DNA from: Squalus acanthias
Taxonomy: Eukaryota
DNA length: 64,000 nt
Reading direction: 5' to 3'
Assembly (NCBI GenBank): GCA_030390025.1
Contig: JASTWF010000033.1
Span: 3,784,001 to 3,848,000 of the forward strand
Under the pieces are notes generated by a model that searched no databases, was not told where the DNA came from, and saw nothing but the letters and a program-made list of their open reading frames with translations. The first letter of the stretch is position 1. Every line of letters starts with the position of its first letter. Both the position numbers and the translations under genes were made by a program. Below, in pieces: positions 13,001-26,328 of the stretch.

Positions 13001-13908
13001 TGAATTTAGTGGCGATTGTGATCCTGTCCCGGGGAAAGTGCGGGCTCTCCACCTGCACCACTCGTTACCTGGTGGCCATGGCAGCGGCGGATCTCCTGAA
13101 CATTGTCACTCAGGTCATACTGAGGCAGATCAGTTGGTATTATTTCCCATGGTCTTTCTTGTCCATCACCCCTGTGTGTAGTGTTATCACTGTTCTGGCC
13201 CGTGCAGCCACAGACTGTTCTGTCTGGTTCACCGTCACTTTCACCTTTGATCGATTTGTGGCCATTTGCTGCCAGAAGCTGAAAACAAAATATTGCACCG
13301 GGAAAACTGCGGCTGTGGTTCTGGCAACAACCGGCATTCTGCTCTGTTTAAAAAACCTTCCCTACTACTTTATGTATCAACCCTGGGTGATAATCGACAA
13401 TGTGCCGTGGCTCTGTGTCGTAATCCCGAGCTATTTTACTGAGCCCGGGTGGGTGGGATTTGACTGGTTTGACACGGTTTTAACCCCATTGCTCCCATTC
13501 GCTTTAATTTTGTTGCTCAACGCTCTGACAGTCAGACACATTTTAGTGGCCAGTCGGGTCCGTAAGGGACTGAGGGGTGAGAGCAAGGGAGAGAATGGCA
13601 GAGACCCAGAGATGGAGAGCAGAAGGAAGTCTATGATTTTACTCTTCACCTTATCCGGCAGCTTCATACTGCTGTGGCTGGCCTATGTTATAAATTTCTT
13701 TTATTATAACATTACAGGAACAGATCCCGATTATTACACTGGTTCTTTATATATCTTTGAACAAGTCGGATTTATGCTGCGGAGTTTAAGTTGCTGCACA
13801 AACACATTTATTTATGGGGTGACCCAGTCCAAGTTCAGAGAGCAGGTGAAGAGGGCGATGAAATATCCGCTTACCTCAATTATTCAATGCATTAATAATC
13901 AGAAATAA
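13001..13908 (+). CDS. Terminal coding exon of a class A GPCR, GPR139/GPR142-like; the first exon is presumably upstream of the window
   Basis: Strong acceptor TTTTCACTTCTGTGTTTTACAG at 12979-13000; open frame NLVAIVILSRGKCGLS...AAADLL...FTFDRFVAIC...LLPFALILLLN...NTFIY; no stops or frameshifts. Orthology cannot be assigned by eye. Confidence 0.88.
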
Positions 13909-14254
13909 CTGAGCGCAGCCCAGAGGCGGCTCCCAGTGTTTCCAGTCCATGAATGTAATATTCAGCCCCAGACTGCCATCCACTGAATTACACCAGCAAT
14001 CGCTGGAGATCTGAAGATACAGCCTGCGGCGGGGCGAGCACTGTGTTTAGGACTCGGCGCTGTTTCTGACTGACATTTCCCACATTGTCTTTCGGGACAG
14101 GACCACTAGTTTGCTGCTTTCACTCTGAGCTCTTCTGTAAAGTGTCCCTTAAGCGATTGAGGGCAGCAATTCATTCGCTGCTTCCAGAGTAAGAGCCTGG
14201 TCAATAGGTAGGCAGACAGAACTGAGCTGAGCTGCATTTCAGGGGATTATATTA

Positions 14255-14456
14255 CATGGAATATACAGCACACAAACAGGCCATTCGGCCCATTCAGTCT
14301 GTGCTGGTGTTTATCCTCCATATCAGTCTCCTCTCATTGCATCTACCTCATCTCAGTCTCTCAGAATGTCTTTCTATTCTCCTTTCTTGCATTTACTGGT
14401 TTAGTTTCATTCTGAAATAATCTAAACTATTTTCCTCAAACAGTTCCTGTGGTAGT
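14255..14456 (-). mobile_element. Old CR1 3' fragment, host of later insertions (resumes ~15950-16063, ~18087-18249 and 19063 onward)
   Basis: Degenerate ...ACAGGCCATTCGGCCC... 3' end; CR1-like sequence continues across the younger inserts. Confidence 0.6.
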
Positions 14457-15944
14457 AACATAGAAGATAGGAGCAGGAGTAGGCCATTCGGCCCCTCGAG
14501 CCTGCTCCGCCATTCGATGAGATCATGGCTCATCATCCAAACTCAGTACCCTGTACCTGCCTTCTCCCCATATCCCTGGATACCTTTAGCTTTAAGAAAT
14601 ATATCTAACTCATTCTTGAATATATTTAATGACTTGGCCTCAACTACCTTCTGTGGTAGAGAATTCCACAGGTTCACCACTCTCTGGGTGAAGAAATTCC
14701 TCCTCATTTCTGTCCTAAATGACTTACCCTTTATCCTTAGATTATGACCCCTGGTTCTGGACTCTCCGTCCATCGGGAACATTCTTCCTGCATCTAGTTT
14801 GTCCAGACCTGTCAGAATTTTATATGTTTCGATGAGATCCCCTCTCATTCTTCTATACTCCAGCGAGTATAAGCCCAATCGACCCAATCTCTCCTCATAT
14901 GTCATTCCTGCCATCCCAGGTATCAGCCTTGTGAATCTTCGCTGAACTCCTTCCATGGCAAGAACATCCTTCCTCAGATAAGGCGACCAAAACTGCACTC
15001 AGTAGTCAAGGTGTGGCCTCACCAAGGCCCTGTACAACTGCAGCAGGACATCCCTGTTCCTATACTTAAACCCTTTCGGTATGAAGGCCAACATACCATT
15101 TGCCTTCTTCAGCGCCTGCTGCACCTGCATGCTTACTTTCAGCGACTGGTGCACAAGGACACGCAGGTCTCGTTGCACTTCCCCTTCTCCCAATCTATTG
15201 CCATTCAGATAATAGTCTGCCTTTCTGTTTTTGACACCAAAGTGGATAACCTCACTCTTATCCACGTTATATTGCATCTGTCACGCTTCTGCCCACTCAC
15301 CCAACCTGTCCAAATCATCCTGGAGTTTCTCGGTATCCTCCTCGCAGCACACACTCCCACCCAGCTTTGTGTCATCTGCAATCTTGGACATATTGCATTT
15401 AGTTCCCTTATCTAGACCATTAATGTATATTATGATAGATGGGGTACAAGGACCGATCCCTACGGTACCACACTAGTCACTGCTTGCCACTCAGAAAAAG
15501 AACCATTAATTCCTACTCTCTGCTTTCTGTCCGCCAACCAGTTCTCTATCCAACTCAATATCTTGCACCGAATCCCATGTGCCTTAACTTTACACGCTAA
15601 TCTCTTATCCGGGACCTTATCAAAAGCCTTTTGAAAGTCCAAATACACCACCTCTACTAGTTCTCCCCTATTTTTTTTCCCAGCTACATCCTCAAAAAAT
15701 TCCAGTAGATTAGTCAAGCACGATTTACCTTTTGTAAATCCATGTTGACTTTGTCCGATCCTGTCACTGTTTTTCAAGTGCTCAGCTATTACATCCTTTA
15801 TAATGGACTCTAGCATTTTCCCTAATACCGATGTCAGGCTTACCGGTCTGTAATTCCCCGCTTTCTCTCTACCACCCTTTTTGAATAGTGGGGTAACATT
15901 AGCTACCCTCCAATCCATGGGTACAGTTCCAGATTCCATCGAAT
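14457..15944 (-). mobile_element. 5'-truncated CR1 (family A) RT fragment
   Basis: RT motifs on the minus strand; candidate TSD GTAGT at 14452-14456 / 15945-15949. Confidence 0.93.
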
Positions 15945-16065
15945 GTAGTGAGGTCCACATTCTAGCCACTCTGAGTACAGAAATTGCTCCTTATTTCCCA
16001 ATTTAATGTATTAGTAAATATCTTGTATTTATGACCCCAAGTGTTGCATTCTCCCACAAGTGTAA

Positions 16066-18080
16066 ACATAGAAACATAGAAACATAGAAAATAGGTGCAG
16101 GAGTAGACCATTCGGTCCTTCGAGCCGGCACTACCATTTAATGCGTTCATGGCTGAACATGCTACCTCAGTACCCCATTCCTGCTTTCTCGCCTTACTCC
16201 TTGATCCCCCTAGTTGTGAGTATTATATCTAACTCCCTTTTGAATATATTTAGCGAACTGGCCTCAACAACCTTCTGTGGTAGAGAATTCCACAGATTCA
16301 CCACTCTCTGGGTGAAGAAGTTCCTCCTCATCTCAGTCTTAAATGGCTTCCCCTTTATCCTTAGACTGTGACCCCTGGTTTTAGTTTTCCCTAACATTGG
16401 AAACATTCTGCCCGCATCTAATTTGTCTAAACAAGTCATGATTTTAAACGTCTCTATAAGATCCCCCCTCATTCTTCTGAACTCCAGAGGATACAAGTTC
16501 AGTTGATCCAGTCTTTCTTGATATGTCAGTTTGGCCATCCCAGGAATCAATCTACTGAACCTTCGTTGCACTCCCTCAATAGTAAGAATGTCCTTCCTCA
16601 AGTTAGGAGACCAAAACTGCACACAATACTACAGGTGTGGCCTCACCAAGGCCCTGTACAACTGTAGCATCACCTCCCTACTCCTGTACTCAAATCCCCT
16701 TGCTATGAAGGCCATCATGCCATTTGCTTTCTTGACTGCCTGCTGCACTTGCCTTCCCACCTTCAGTGACTGATGTACCATGACGCCCAGGTTTCGTTCC
16801 ACCTCCCCTTTCCCTAATCTGCCACCATTCAGGTAATAATCTGCATCCCTATTTTTACCATCAAAGTGGATAACCTCACATTTATCCACATTGAACTTCA
16901 TCTGCCATACATTTGCCCATTCACCCAAACTGTCCAAGTCACTCTGTAGCCTCCTAGCATCCTCCTCATTGTTCACACTGCCTCCCAATTTAGTGTCATC
17001 CGCAAATTTGGAGATATTACTATTAATCCCTTCGTCCAAATCATTAATATATAATGTAAACAGCTGGGGCCCCAGCCCCGAACCCTGCGGTACCCCGCTG
17101 GTCACTGCCTGCCATTCTGAAAAGTACCCATTTACTCCTACTCTTTGTTTCCTGTGTGCCAACTAGTTCTCAATCCACGTCAACACATTAGCCCCAATCC
17201 CATGTGCTTTAACTTTGCACACCAATCTCTTGTGTGGGACCTTGTCAAAGGCCTTCTGAAAGTCCAAATACACCACATCTACTGGTTCCCCCCGTCCACC
17301 CTCTTGGAAACATCCTCAAAAAATTCCAGAAGATTTGTCAAGCATGATTTCCCTTTCACAAATCCATGCTGACTTGGACCTATCAAGTCGCCACTTTCCA
17401 AATGGTCTGTTATGACATCTTTAATAATTGATTCCATCATTTTACCCACCACCGATGTCAGGCTGACCGGTCTATAATTCCCTGCTTTCACCCTCCCTCC
17501 TTTTTTAAAAAGAGTGGTTACATTAGCCACCCGCCACTCCTTCGGAACTGATCCAGAGTCTAAGGAATGTTGGAAAATGAACGTCAATACATCCACTATT
17601 TCCAAGGCCACCTCCTTAAGTACTCTGGGATGCAGACCATCAGGCCCTGGGGATTTATCACCCATCAATTTCCCCAACACCTTTTCCCGACTGATAAGGA
17701 TTTCCTTCAGCTCCTCCCTGTTACCAGATCCTTTGATCTCTTTTATTTCCGGAAGGTTGTTTGTGTCCTCCACAGTAAACACCGAACCAAAGTACTTGTA
17801 CAATTGATCTGCCATTTCTTTGTTCCCCATTATGACTTCCCCTGTTTCTGACTGCAGGGGACCTACGTTTGTTTTTACTAACCTCTTTCTTTTTACATAT
17901 TTATAGAAGCTTTTGCAGTCCGTTTTAATGTTCTCCGCAAGCTTCCTGTCATATTTTATTTTCCCTGCCCGAATCAAACCCTTCGTCCTCCTCTGCTGAG
18001 TTTTAAAGTTCTCCCAGTCCCCGGGTTTGCAGATACTTCTGGCCAAGTTGTATGCCACTTCCTTGCTTTTAATACTTTTA
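16066..18080 (-). mobile_element. 5'-truncated CR1 (different subfamily), degraded ORF2
   Basis: (CATAGAAA)n tail; KSPGPDGLHPRVLKE, QHGF and FADD motifs; candidate TSD AAACAT at 16064-16069 / 18081-18086. Confidence 0.92.
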
Positions 18081-18249
18081 AAACATTCTCTCAACATCTA
18101 CCCTGTCCAACCAATTCATAATTTTCAAGATCTCTATCAGGCCTCAGCAAAGTCCTCTCTCTTCTATAGCAGAAAGGCCCAACCTGTTCAATCTTTCCCG
18201 ATAGCTGCAATCTTTCAGTTCTGGTGCCATCCACCTAATTATTTGTAAG

Positions 18250-19055
18250 AACGAAGCTATTGGCCCACCTCACAAACTCCGTTGCCTAAATACCGACTCC
18301 ATCCCTCTCCTTAGCACCAAAAAATGCTGTTTGCAACCTTGGTGTCGTATTTGACCACGGAATGATCTTCCGGCCACATATTCACTCCATCACCAGGACG
18401 GCTTACTTCCACCTCGGTAACATCTCCGAACTTCGCCCCTGCCTCAGCTCATCTGCTGCTCAAACCATCATCCATGCCTTTGCTAGCTCTAGACTTAATA
18501 ACACCAACTCTCTCCTGGCTGGCTTCCCATCTCCCACCCTCCATAACTTGTGCTCATCCAAAGCTGTGCTGCCCGTAACCTAACCCACACCAAATCCCGG
18601 TAAAACACCACCCCTGCGCTCGCTGACCTACATTGACTCCCATTCCGGCAATGCCTCCATTTTAAAATGACCATCCTTGCTTTCAAATCCTTCCATGGCC
18701 TCGCCCTCCCTACCTCTGCAATCTCCACCAGCCCCACAACACTCCCGAGATCTCTGTGTTCCTCTAATTCTGGCCTCTTTCACATCTCCGATTGTAACCG
18801 CTCCACCATTGGCGGCTGTGCTTTCAGCTGCCTGGGCCCTAAGCTCAGGAATCCCCTCCCTGAACCTCTCTGCTTCTCTAAATATCCCTCCTCCTTTAAG
18901 ATGCTGCTTAAAACTTACCTCTTTGACTAAGCTTTTGCTCATCTTTCCAGATATCTCCTTATGTGGCTCAGGATCAGGTGTTGTTCAATATCGCTCCCGT
19001 GAATCGCTTGGGACATTTTACTATGTTAAAGGCGCTATATAAATACAAGTTGTTG
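18250..19055 (+). mobile_element. L2-clade LINE 3' fragment
   Basis: NLGVVFD...HIHSITRTAYFHL..I..LRP.LS..AAQTIIHAF.SSRL; 3' end GCGCTATATAAATACAAG(TTG)n; flanked by TTGTAAG at 18243-18249 / 19056-19062. Confidence 0.85.
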
Positions 19056-19062
19056 TTGTAAG

Positions 19063-21960
19063 TATTTTTTGCACTTTCCCCAGTTCTTCTATGTCCTTTT
19101 TATATTATGGAGACCATAACTCTGCACAGTTCTCTAAGTGTGACGTGACCCGGGTCCTATGCATGTTTAATACAATTTACAAAGTATTTACAGGACAGAG
19201 ACAGGCCATTCGACTCAAAATGTTCATGTTGGTGTTCATGCTCCACACGAGCCTCCACTCACCCTCCTTCATCTAACCCAGTAAAAATATCATTCTATTC
19301 CTTTCCCCATTTAAATGTGTCTGTGCTATTCGCATCAACTGCTCCTTGTGGTAGCGAGTTCCACATTCTGACCACTCATTTGGTCAAAAGGTTTCTCCTG
19401 AATTCCCTATTAGATTTATTAATGACTTTCTTACATCTATGGCCACGAGTTCTAGTCTCTCCTGAAAGTGGAAACACCTTGTCTAATCTACACTATGAAA
19501 CCCTTTCATAATCTCAAAGAACTCTATCTGATCATCCCTCAGTCTTCACTTTCCTAAAGGAAAGAGCCCCAGCCTGTTCAGTCTTTCCCGACAGGTATAA
19601 CCTCTCAGTTCTGGTATCATTCTAGTAAATACTGTTTGTACCTTCGCCAGTCCCTCTATGTCCTTTTTATAAGATGGAGACCATGTTCACAGTAAACCAA
19701 GTGTGGTCTAACCAAGGTTCCATACAAGTTTAACATGAGTTATATTCTTTACAATTATATCCCTCTAGAAATGAACCCCAGTGCTTTCTTTGTTTTTATG
19801 GCCTTATCAACCTGCATTGCAACTTTTAGTGATTTATGTAACTGTATCCTCACATCGCTCTGTCCCTCAACCCCGTTTAGAACTTATTCTCCAAGGAGTC
19901 TGTGACCTCCGTATTCTTCCTATTAAAATGCACTACCTCGCATTTCTCTATATTGAGGTTAACTTGCCAGTTACACACCCATTCTGCAAGTTTATTAACG
20001 TCCTCCTGTATTTTGTCGCAGTCCTCCTCTATATTAAGTATAAACCCCCATTTGGGTGGCATCCACAATGTTTGAAATTGCACTTCCGATTCCTGAGTCC
20101 GAATTGTTTAAGTAAATGGTGAACAAAAGTGTTGCCAGCACCGATCCTTGTGAAACACCACTTCCCACCACTGGCCAACTTCACTTCTTTTGAATTCTAT
20201 TGCCTTAGAAATAAACCCCAATTCATTGTTAACATTTTAATTGCTTTGCTGACCAGTGATACTGCTTTTAATTATTTGTTCACCTTTATCCCGAGAGCCC
20301 TTTTCTCTTCTGCCACGTTCAGTTTCTTATTTTCTAAGGTATCGGTGATTATAGAATCATGGAATGATACAGCACAGAAGGAGGCCATTCGGCCCACCGT
20401 ACCTGTGCCGGCTCTTTGGTAGAGCTGTCCAATTAATTCCACTCCTCTGTACTTTCCACAGTATTTTATTTTATCTCAAGTATTTTTTTCCAAATGCCCC
20501 TTGAAAGTTACTATTGAATCTGCTTCCACCGCCCTTTCAGGCAGCGCATTCCAGATCACAACAACTCGCTGTGTAAAACAAAAGCTTCCTCATGTTGTCT
20601 TGGATTCTTTTGCCAATCACATTAAATCTGTGTCATCTGGTTACCGACCCCACTGCCACTGGAAACAGTTCCTCCTTAATTACTCTATTAAATGTATGTA
20701 GTCTTTAGAACCCCTCTATCAAATCTCCTCTTAACCTTCTCTGCTCTAATCAGAACAACACCAGCTTCTCCAGTCTCTCCACATAACTGATGTCCCTTTT
20801 CCCTGGTACCATTCTAGTAAATCTATTCTGCACACGCTCCAAGGCCTTGACATTTTCCTAAAGTGTGGTGTCCAGAATTGGACACAATGCTCCAGCTAAA
20901 TCCTAATCAGTGCTTTATAATGTTTTCGCATAACTTCATTGCTTTTGTACTCTACTGCTTATTAATAAAGCGAAGGATCCAGTATGCTTTATTAACATAC
21001 TTCTCAAATTGTCCGGCCGCATTCAAAGATTAGTGTACATACATGCCTAGGTCCCTCTGTTCCTGCACTCCCTTTGTAGTTACACCATTGAGATCACATT
21101 GCCTCTTCTCATTTTTCACTTCACAATTCTCTGTGATCAATAGAATCTGCCCAGTGTCTGCCTAATTGAATCAGAGTTCGGGCTATGCTGCAAGCAAAGG
21201 GATTGGATTCCGCAAGAAACGCCATCAGAGAAGTGTAGGATCATGTTAGGGACGTCTCTGAAGCTCTCAATCCCTCCAGCCTGAGGAACAGTTTATAAGG
21301 GTAAACACCCAGCCAAATGTTCTTGGCATTTAGTGTCTTGATTTTGGCTCCAATTATATTTTATTCTGCTAATGGAAAATATGCCAGTAAACTGAGTAAG
21401 GAGATAACTTTATATGCAGGAATGAGGGTCAGTTAGAAGGTGTTGTATGAATGACATTTTAACCGAAGGTCAGCCATGATCGTATTGAATGGTGCAGCAG
21501 GATCCAAGGGCCGATTGGCCAACTCCTGCTCCTATTGCTTATGTTCTCTTGTTGACCAGTCAGTCAACGTCCTCCTGAAGTCTGTTACTATACTCCTCAT
21601 TGTGTGCTACATTTCCGAGTTTTGATGCCCTGTGTACCCAACTCTAGGTCATTAAAATATATCAAAGAGAGCACTGGTCCTAATAGCGACCCCTGGGAAC
21701 AGCTCTGTATAATTCCCTCCAGACTGAAAAACAACCGGCCACCACTACTCTCTGCTTTCTGACCCTTAGACAATTTGGTATCCATGCTGCCCTGTCCCAT
21801 TAATCCCATGGACTACAATTTTATGAACAGTTATGTCATGTGGTACTTTGTCAAACGCCTTTTGAAAGTCCATATACACAACCAAAACCGCACTACCCTC
21901 ATGATGTTATATTTTCCTACCAAAGTGCATCACCTCACGTTCATCTCTGTTAATGGTCAC
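19063..21960 (-). mobile_element. Several old, nested CR1 fragments (mostly minus strand), heavily decayed
   Basis: Remnants such as DVNKLAEW..WQV.LNIEKCEVVHF and SQGSLLGP; repeated GGCCATTCGGCCC-type 3' ends at ~19200 and ~20380. Confidence 0.7.
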
Positions 21961-22914
21961 TTGTCACTTAACTGCGCAGTCTGTATGTTTTCTAATGTCT
22001 ATTGTGAGATGGCATGTAGAGAAATGTCTTTTCAATATTTGAAGCAAAGCATCAGTGTATTGAATAAAAAACAATAATAATTATTAAAGGCAGCCATCTA
22101 AAAGTGTGTGTGGTTTTGGAATTTTATGAGAAAATCTGAGGATTTATTGCGGAGTAAACTTTTGGCATCTCACATTGCACCACTGCTTTTCGAAGAAATT
22201 GGTGAAGATATTATTTATTTCAAACAACAGAACTGCTCTCCTGTACGCTTCAGGCTCACTTTGTGACTTTCAATACAGGCATCGAACATCGTAAACTCCT
22301 CACCACCCCACCTAATATCCTCAGCTCCTCCCCACCACACGTAATATCCTCAGCTCCTCCCCACCTAATATCCTCAGCTCCTCCCCCACCCCACCTAATA
22401 TCCTCAGCTCCTCCCCACCCCACCTAATATCCTCAGCTCCTCCCCACCACACCAAATATCCTCAGCTCCTCCCCACCCCACCTAATATCCTCAGCTCCAC
22501 CCCAACTAATATCCAAGCTCCTCCACAACACACCTAATATCCTCAGCTCCTCCAAAACCCACCTAATATCCTCAGCTGTTGCCCACCCAACCTTATATCC
22601 TCAGCTCCTCCCCACCCCACCTAATATCCTCAGCTACTCCTAAACCCACCTAATATCCTCAGCTCCTCCCCACCCCACCTAATATCCTCAGCTCCTCCCC
22701 ACCCCACCAATATCCTCAGCTCCTCCCCACTCCACCTAATATCCACAGCTCCTCCCCACCCCACCTAATATCCTCAGCTCCTCCCCACCCCACCTAATAT
22801 CGACAGCACCTCCCCACCCCACCTAATACCCTCAGCTCATCCCCACCACACCTAATATTCTCAGCTGATCCCCACCCCACCTAATATCCTCAGCTCCTCC
22901 CCACCCCACCTGAT

Positions 22915-23564
22915 ATAGAACATAGCACATCGAACAAAACAGCACAGTACAGGCCCTTCGGCCCTCGATGTTGTGCCGAGCATTGTCCAAAACCAAGATC
23001 AAGCTATCACACTCCCTATCAATCTGGTGTGCTCCATGTTCTTATCCCATGACCGCGTGAAAGTTCCTAAAGTGTCCGACTCCACTATCACAGCAGGCAG
23101 TCCATTCCAAACCCCAACCGCTCTCTGAGTAAAGTATCTACCTCGGACATCCCTTCTATATCTCCCCCCATGTACCTTACAGTTATGCCCCCTTGTAACA
23201 GCTACATCCACTCGAGCAAATAGTCTCTGAACATCCACTCTATCTATCCCCCTCATCATCTTATAAACCTCTGTTGAGTCGCCTGTCATCCTCCTCCGCT
23301 CTACAGAGACACGCCCTAGCTCCCTCAATCTTTCCTCATAAGACTTCCCACACAAACAAGGCAGCATCCTGGTAAATCTCATTTGCACTCTTCCAATGCT
23401 TCCACGTCCTTCCTACAGTGAGGTGACCAGAACTGAACACAATATTCCAAATGTGGATTCACCAAGTCCTGTACAGTTGCAGCATAACCTCATAGTTCTT
23501 AAACTCAAACCCCTTGTTAATAAACGCTAACACACTATAGGCCTTCTTTACTGCGCTATCCACC
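22915..23564 (-). mobile_element. CR1 3' fragment inside the satellite, copy 1
   Basis: RFTRMLP...SYEERLRELG...TRGH ORF remnant with a CATAGAA-type tail. Confidence 0.9.
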
Positions 23565-26328
23565 CCACCTAATGTCCTCAGCTCCTCCCCACACCACCTA
23601 ATATCCTCAGCTTCTCCCCACCCCAACTAATATCCTCAGCTCCTCCCCACCCCAACCTAATATCCTCAGCTCCTCCCCACCCCACCTAATATCCTCAGCT
23701 CCACCCCACCCCACCTAATATCCTGAGCTCCTCCCCACCCCACCTATTATCCTCAGCTCCTCCCCACCCCACCTATTATCCTCAACTACTCCCCACCACA
23801 CCTAATATCCTCAGCGCCTCCGCATCCCCACCTAATATCCTCAGCTCCTCCCCACCCCACCTAATATCCTCAGCTCCTCCCCATCCCGCCTAATATCCTC
23901 AGCTCCCCCCCACCCCACCGAATATCCTCAGCCCCTCCCCACCAAACCTAATATCCTCAGCTCCTCCCCACCCCACCTAATATCCTCAGCTCTTCCACAC
24001 CCCACCTAATATCCTCAGCTCCTTCCCACCCCACCTAATATCCTGAGCTCCTCCCCACCTCACCAAATGTTCTCAGCTCCTCCCCACCCCATCTAATATC
24101 TTCAGCTCCTCCCCACCCCACCTAATATCCTCAGCTCCTCCCCAACACACCTAATATCCTCAGCTCCTCCGAACCCCACCTAATATCTTCAGCTCCTCCC
24201 CACCCCACCTAATATCCTCAGCTCCTCCCCACCCCACCTAATATCCTCAGCTCCTCCCCACCCCACCTGATATCCTCAGCTCCTCCCCACCCCACCTAAT
24301 ATCCTCAGCACCTCCCCACCCCACCTAATATTCTCAGCTCCTCCACACCCCACCTAATATCCTCAACTCCTGCCCACCCCACCTAATATCGTCAGCTCCT
24401 CGACACCCCACTAATTTCCTCAGCTCCTCTCCTCCCCACCTAATATCGTTAGCTCCTCCCCACCCCACCTAATATCCTCATCTCCTCCCCACCCCACCTA
24501 ATATCCTCAGCTCCTCCCCACCCCACCTAATATCCTCAGCTCCTCCCCACCCCAACTAATATCCTCAGCTCCTCCCCAACCCACATAATATCCTCAGCTC
24601 CTCCCCACCCCAACTAATATCCTCAGCTCCTCCCCAACCCACATAATATCCTCAGCTCCTCCCCACCCCACCTAATATCCTCAGGTCCCCCCCACCCCAC
24701 CTAATATCCTGTGCTCCTCCCCACCGCACCTAATATCCACAGCCCCTCCCCACCACACCGAATATCCTCAGCTCCTCCTCACCCCATCTAATATCATCAG
24801 CTCCTCCACACCTCACCTAAAATGTACAGCCCCTCCCCACCAAACCTAATATCCTCAGCTTCTCCCCATCCCAACTAATATCCTCAGCTCCTCCCCACCC
24901 CACCTAATATCCTCACCACCTCCCCACCCCACCGAATATCCTCAGCACCTCCCAACCCCACCGAATATCCTCACCTCCACCCCACCCCACCCCACCTAAT
25001 ATCCTCAGCTCCTCCCCACCCCACCTAATATCCTCAGCTCCTCCCCACCCCAACTAATATCATCATCTCCTCCGCACCCCACCGAATATCCTCAGCTCCT
25101 CCACACCCCATCTAATATCCTCAGCTCCTCCCCACTCCACCTAATATCCTCAGCCCCTCCCCACCCCACCTAATATCCTCAGCTCCTCCCCACCCCACCT
25201 AATATCCTCAGCTCCATCTGAACCCACCTAATATCCTCAGCTCCTCCCCACCCCACCTAATATCCTCAGCTCCTCCCCACCCCACCTAATATCCTCAGCT
25301 CCTCCCCACCCCACCTAATATCATCAGCTCCTCCTCACCGCATCTAATATCCTCAGCTCCTCCCCACCCCACCTAAAATCCTCAGCCCCTCCGCACCAAA
25401 CCTAATATCATCAGCGCCTCCCCACCCCAACAAATATCCTCAGCTCTTCCACACCCCACCTAATATCCTCAGCTCCTTCCCACCCCACCTAATATCCTGA
25501 GCTCCTCCCCACCTCACCAAATGTTCTCAGCTCCTCCCCACCCCATCTAATATCTTCAGCTCCTCCCCACCCCACCTAATATCCTCAGCTCCTCCCCAAC
25601 ACACCTAATATCATCAGCTCCTCCCCACCCCACCGAATATCCTCAGCTCCACCCCACCCCACGTAATATCCTCAGCTCCTCCCCACCCCACCTAATATCT
25701 TCAGCTCCTCCCCACCCCACCTAATATCCTCAGCTCCTCCCCACCCCACCTAATATCCTCAGCTCCTCCCCACCCCACCTAATATCCTCAGCTCCTCCCC
25801 ACCCCACCTGATATCCTCAGCTCCTCCCCTCCCCACCTAATATCCTCAGCTCCACCCCACCCCACCTAATATCTTCAGCTCCTCCCCACCTCACCTAATA
25901 TCCTCAGCTCCTCCCCACCCCACCTAATATCCTCAACTCCTGCCCACCCCACCTAATATCGTCAGCTCCTCGACACCCCACTAATTTCCTCAGCTCCTCT
26001 CCTCCCCACCTAATATCCTTAGCTCCTCCCCACCCCACCTAATATCCTCATCTCCTCCCCACCCCACCTAATATCTTCAGCTCCTCTCCACCCCATCTAA
26101 TGTCCTCAACTCCTCTCCACCCCACCTAATATCCTCAGCTCCAACCCCACCTTATATCCTCAGGTCCTCCCCACCACACCAATATCCTCAGCTCGTCCCC
26201 ACCCTACCTAATATCCTCAGCTCCTCCTCACTCCATCTAATATCCTCAGCTCCTCCCCATCGCATCTAATATTCTCAGCTCCTCCACACCCCACCTCATA
26301 TCTTCAGCTCCTCCCAACCCGACCTGAT

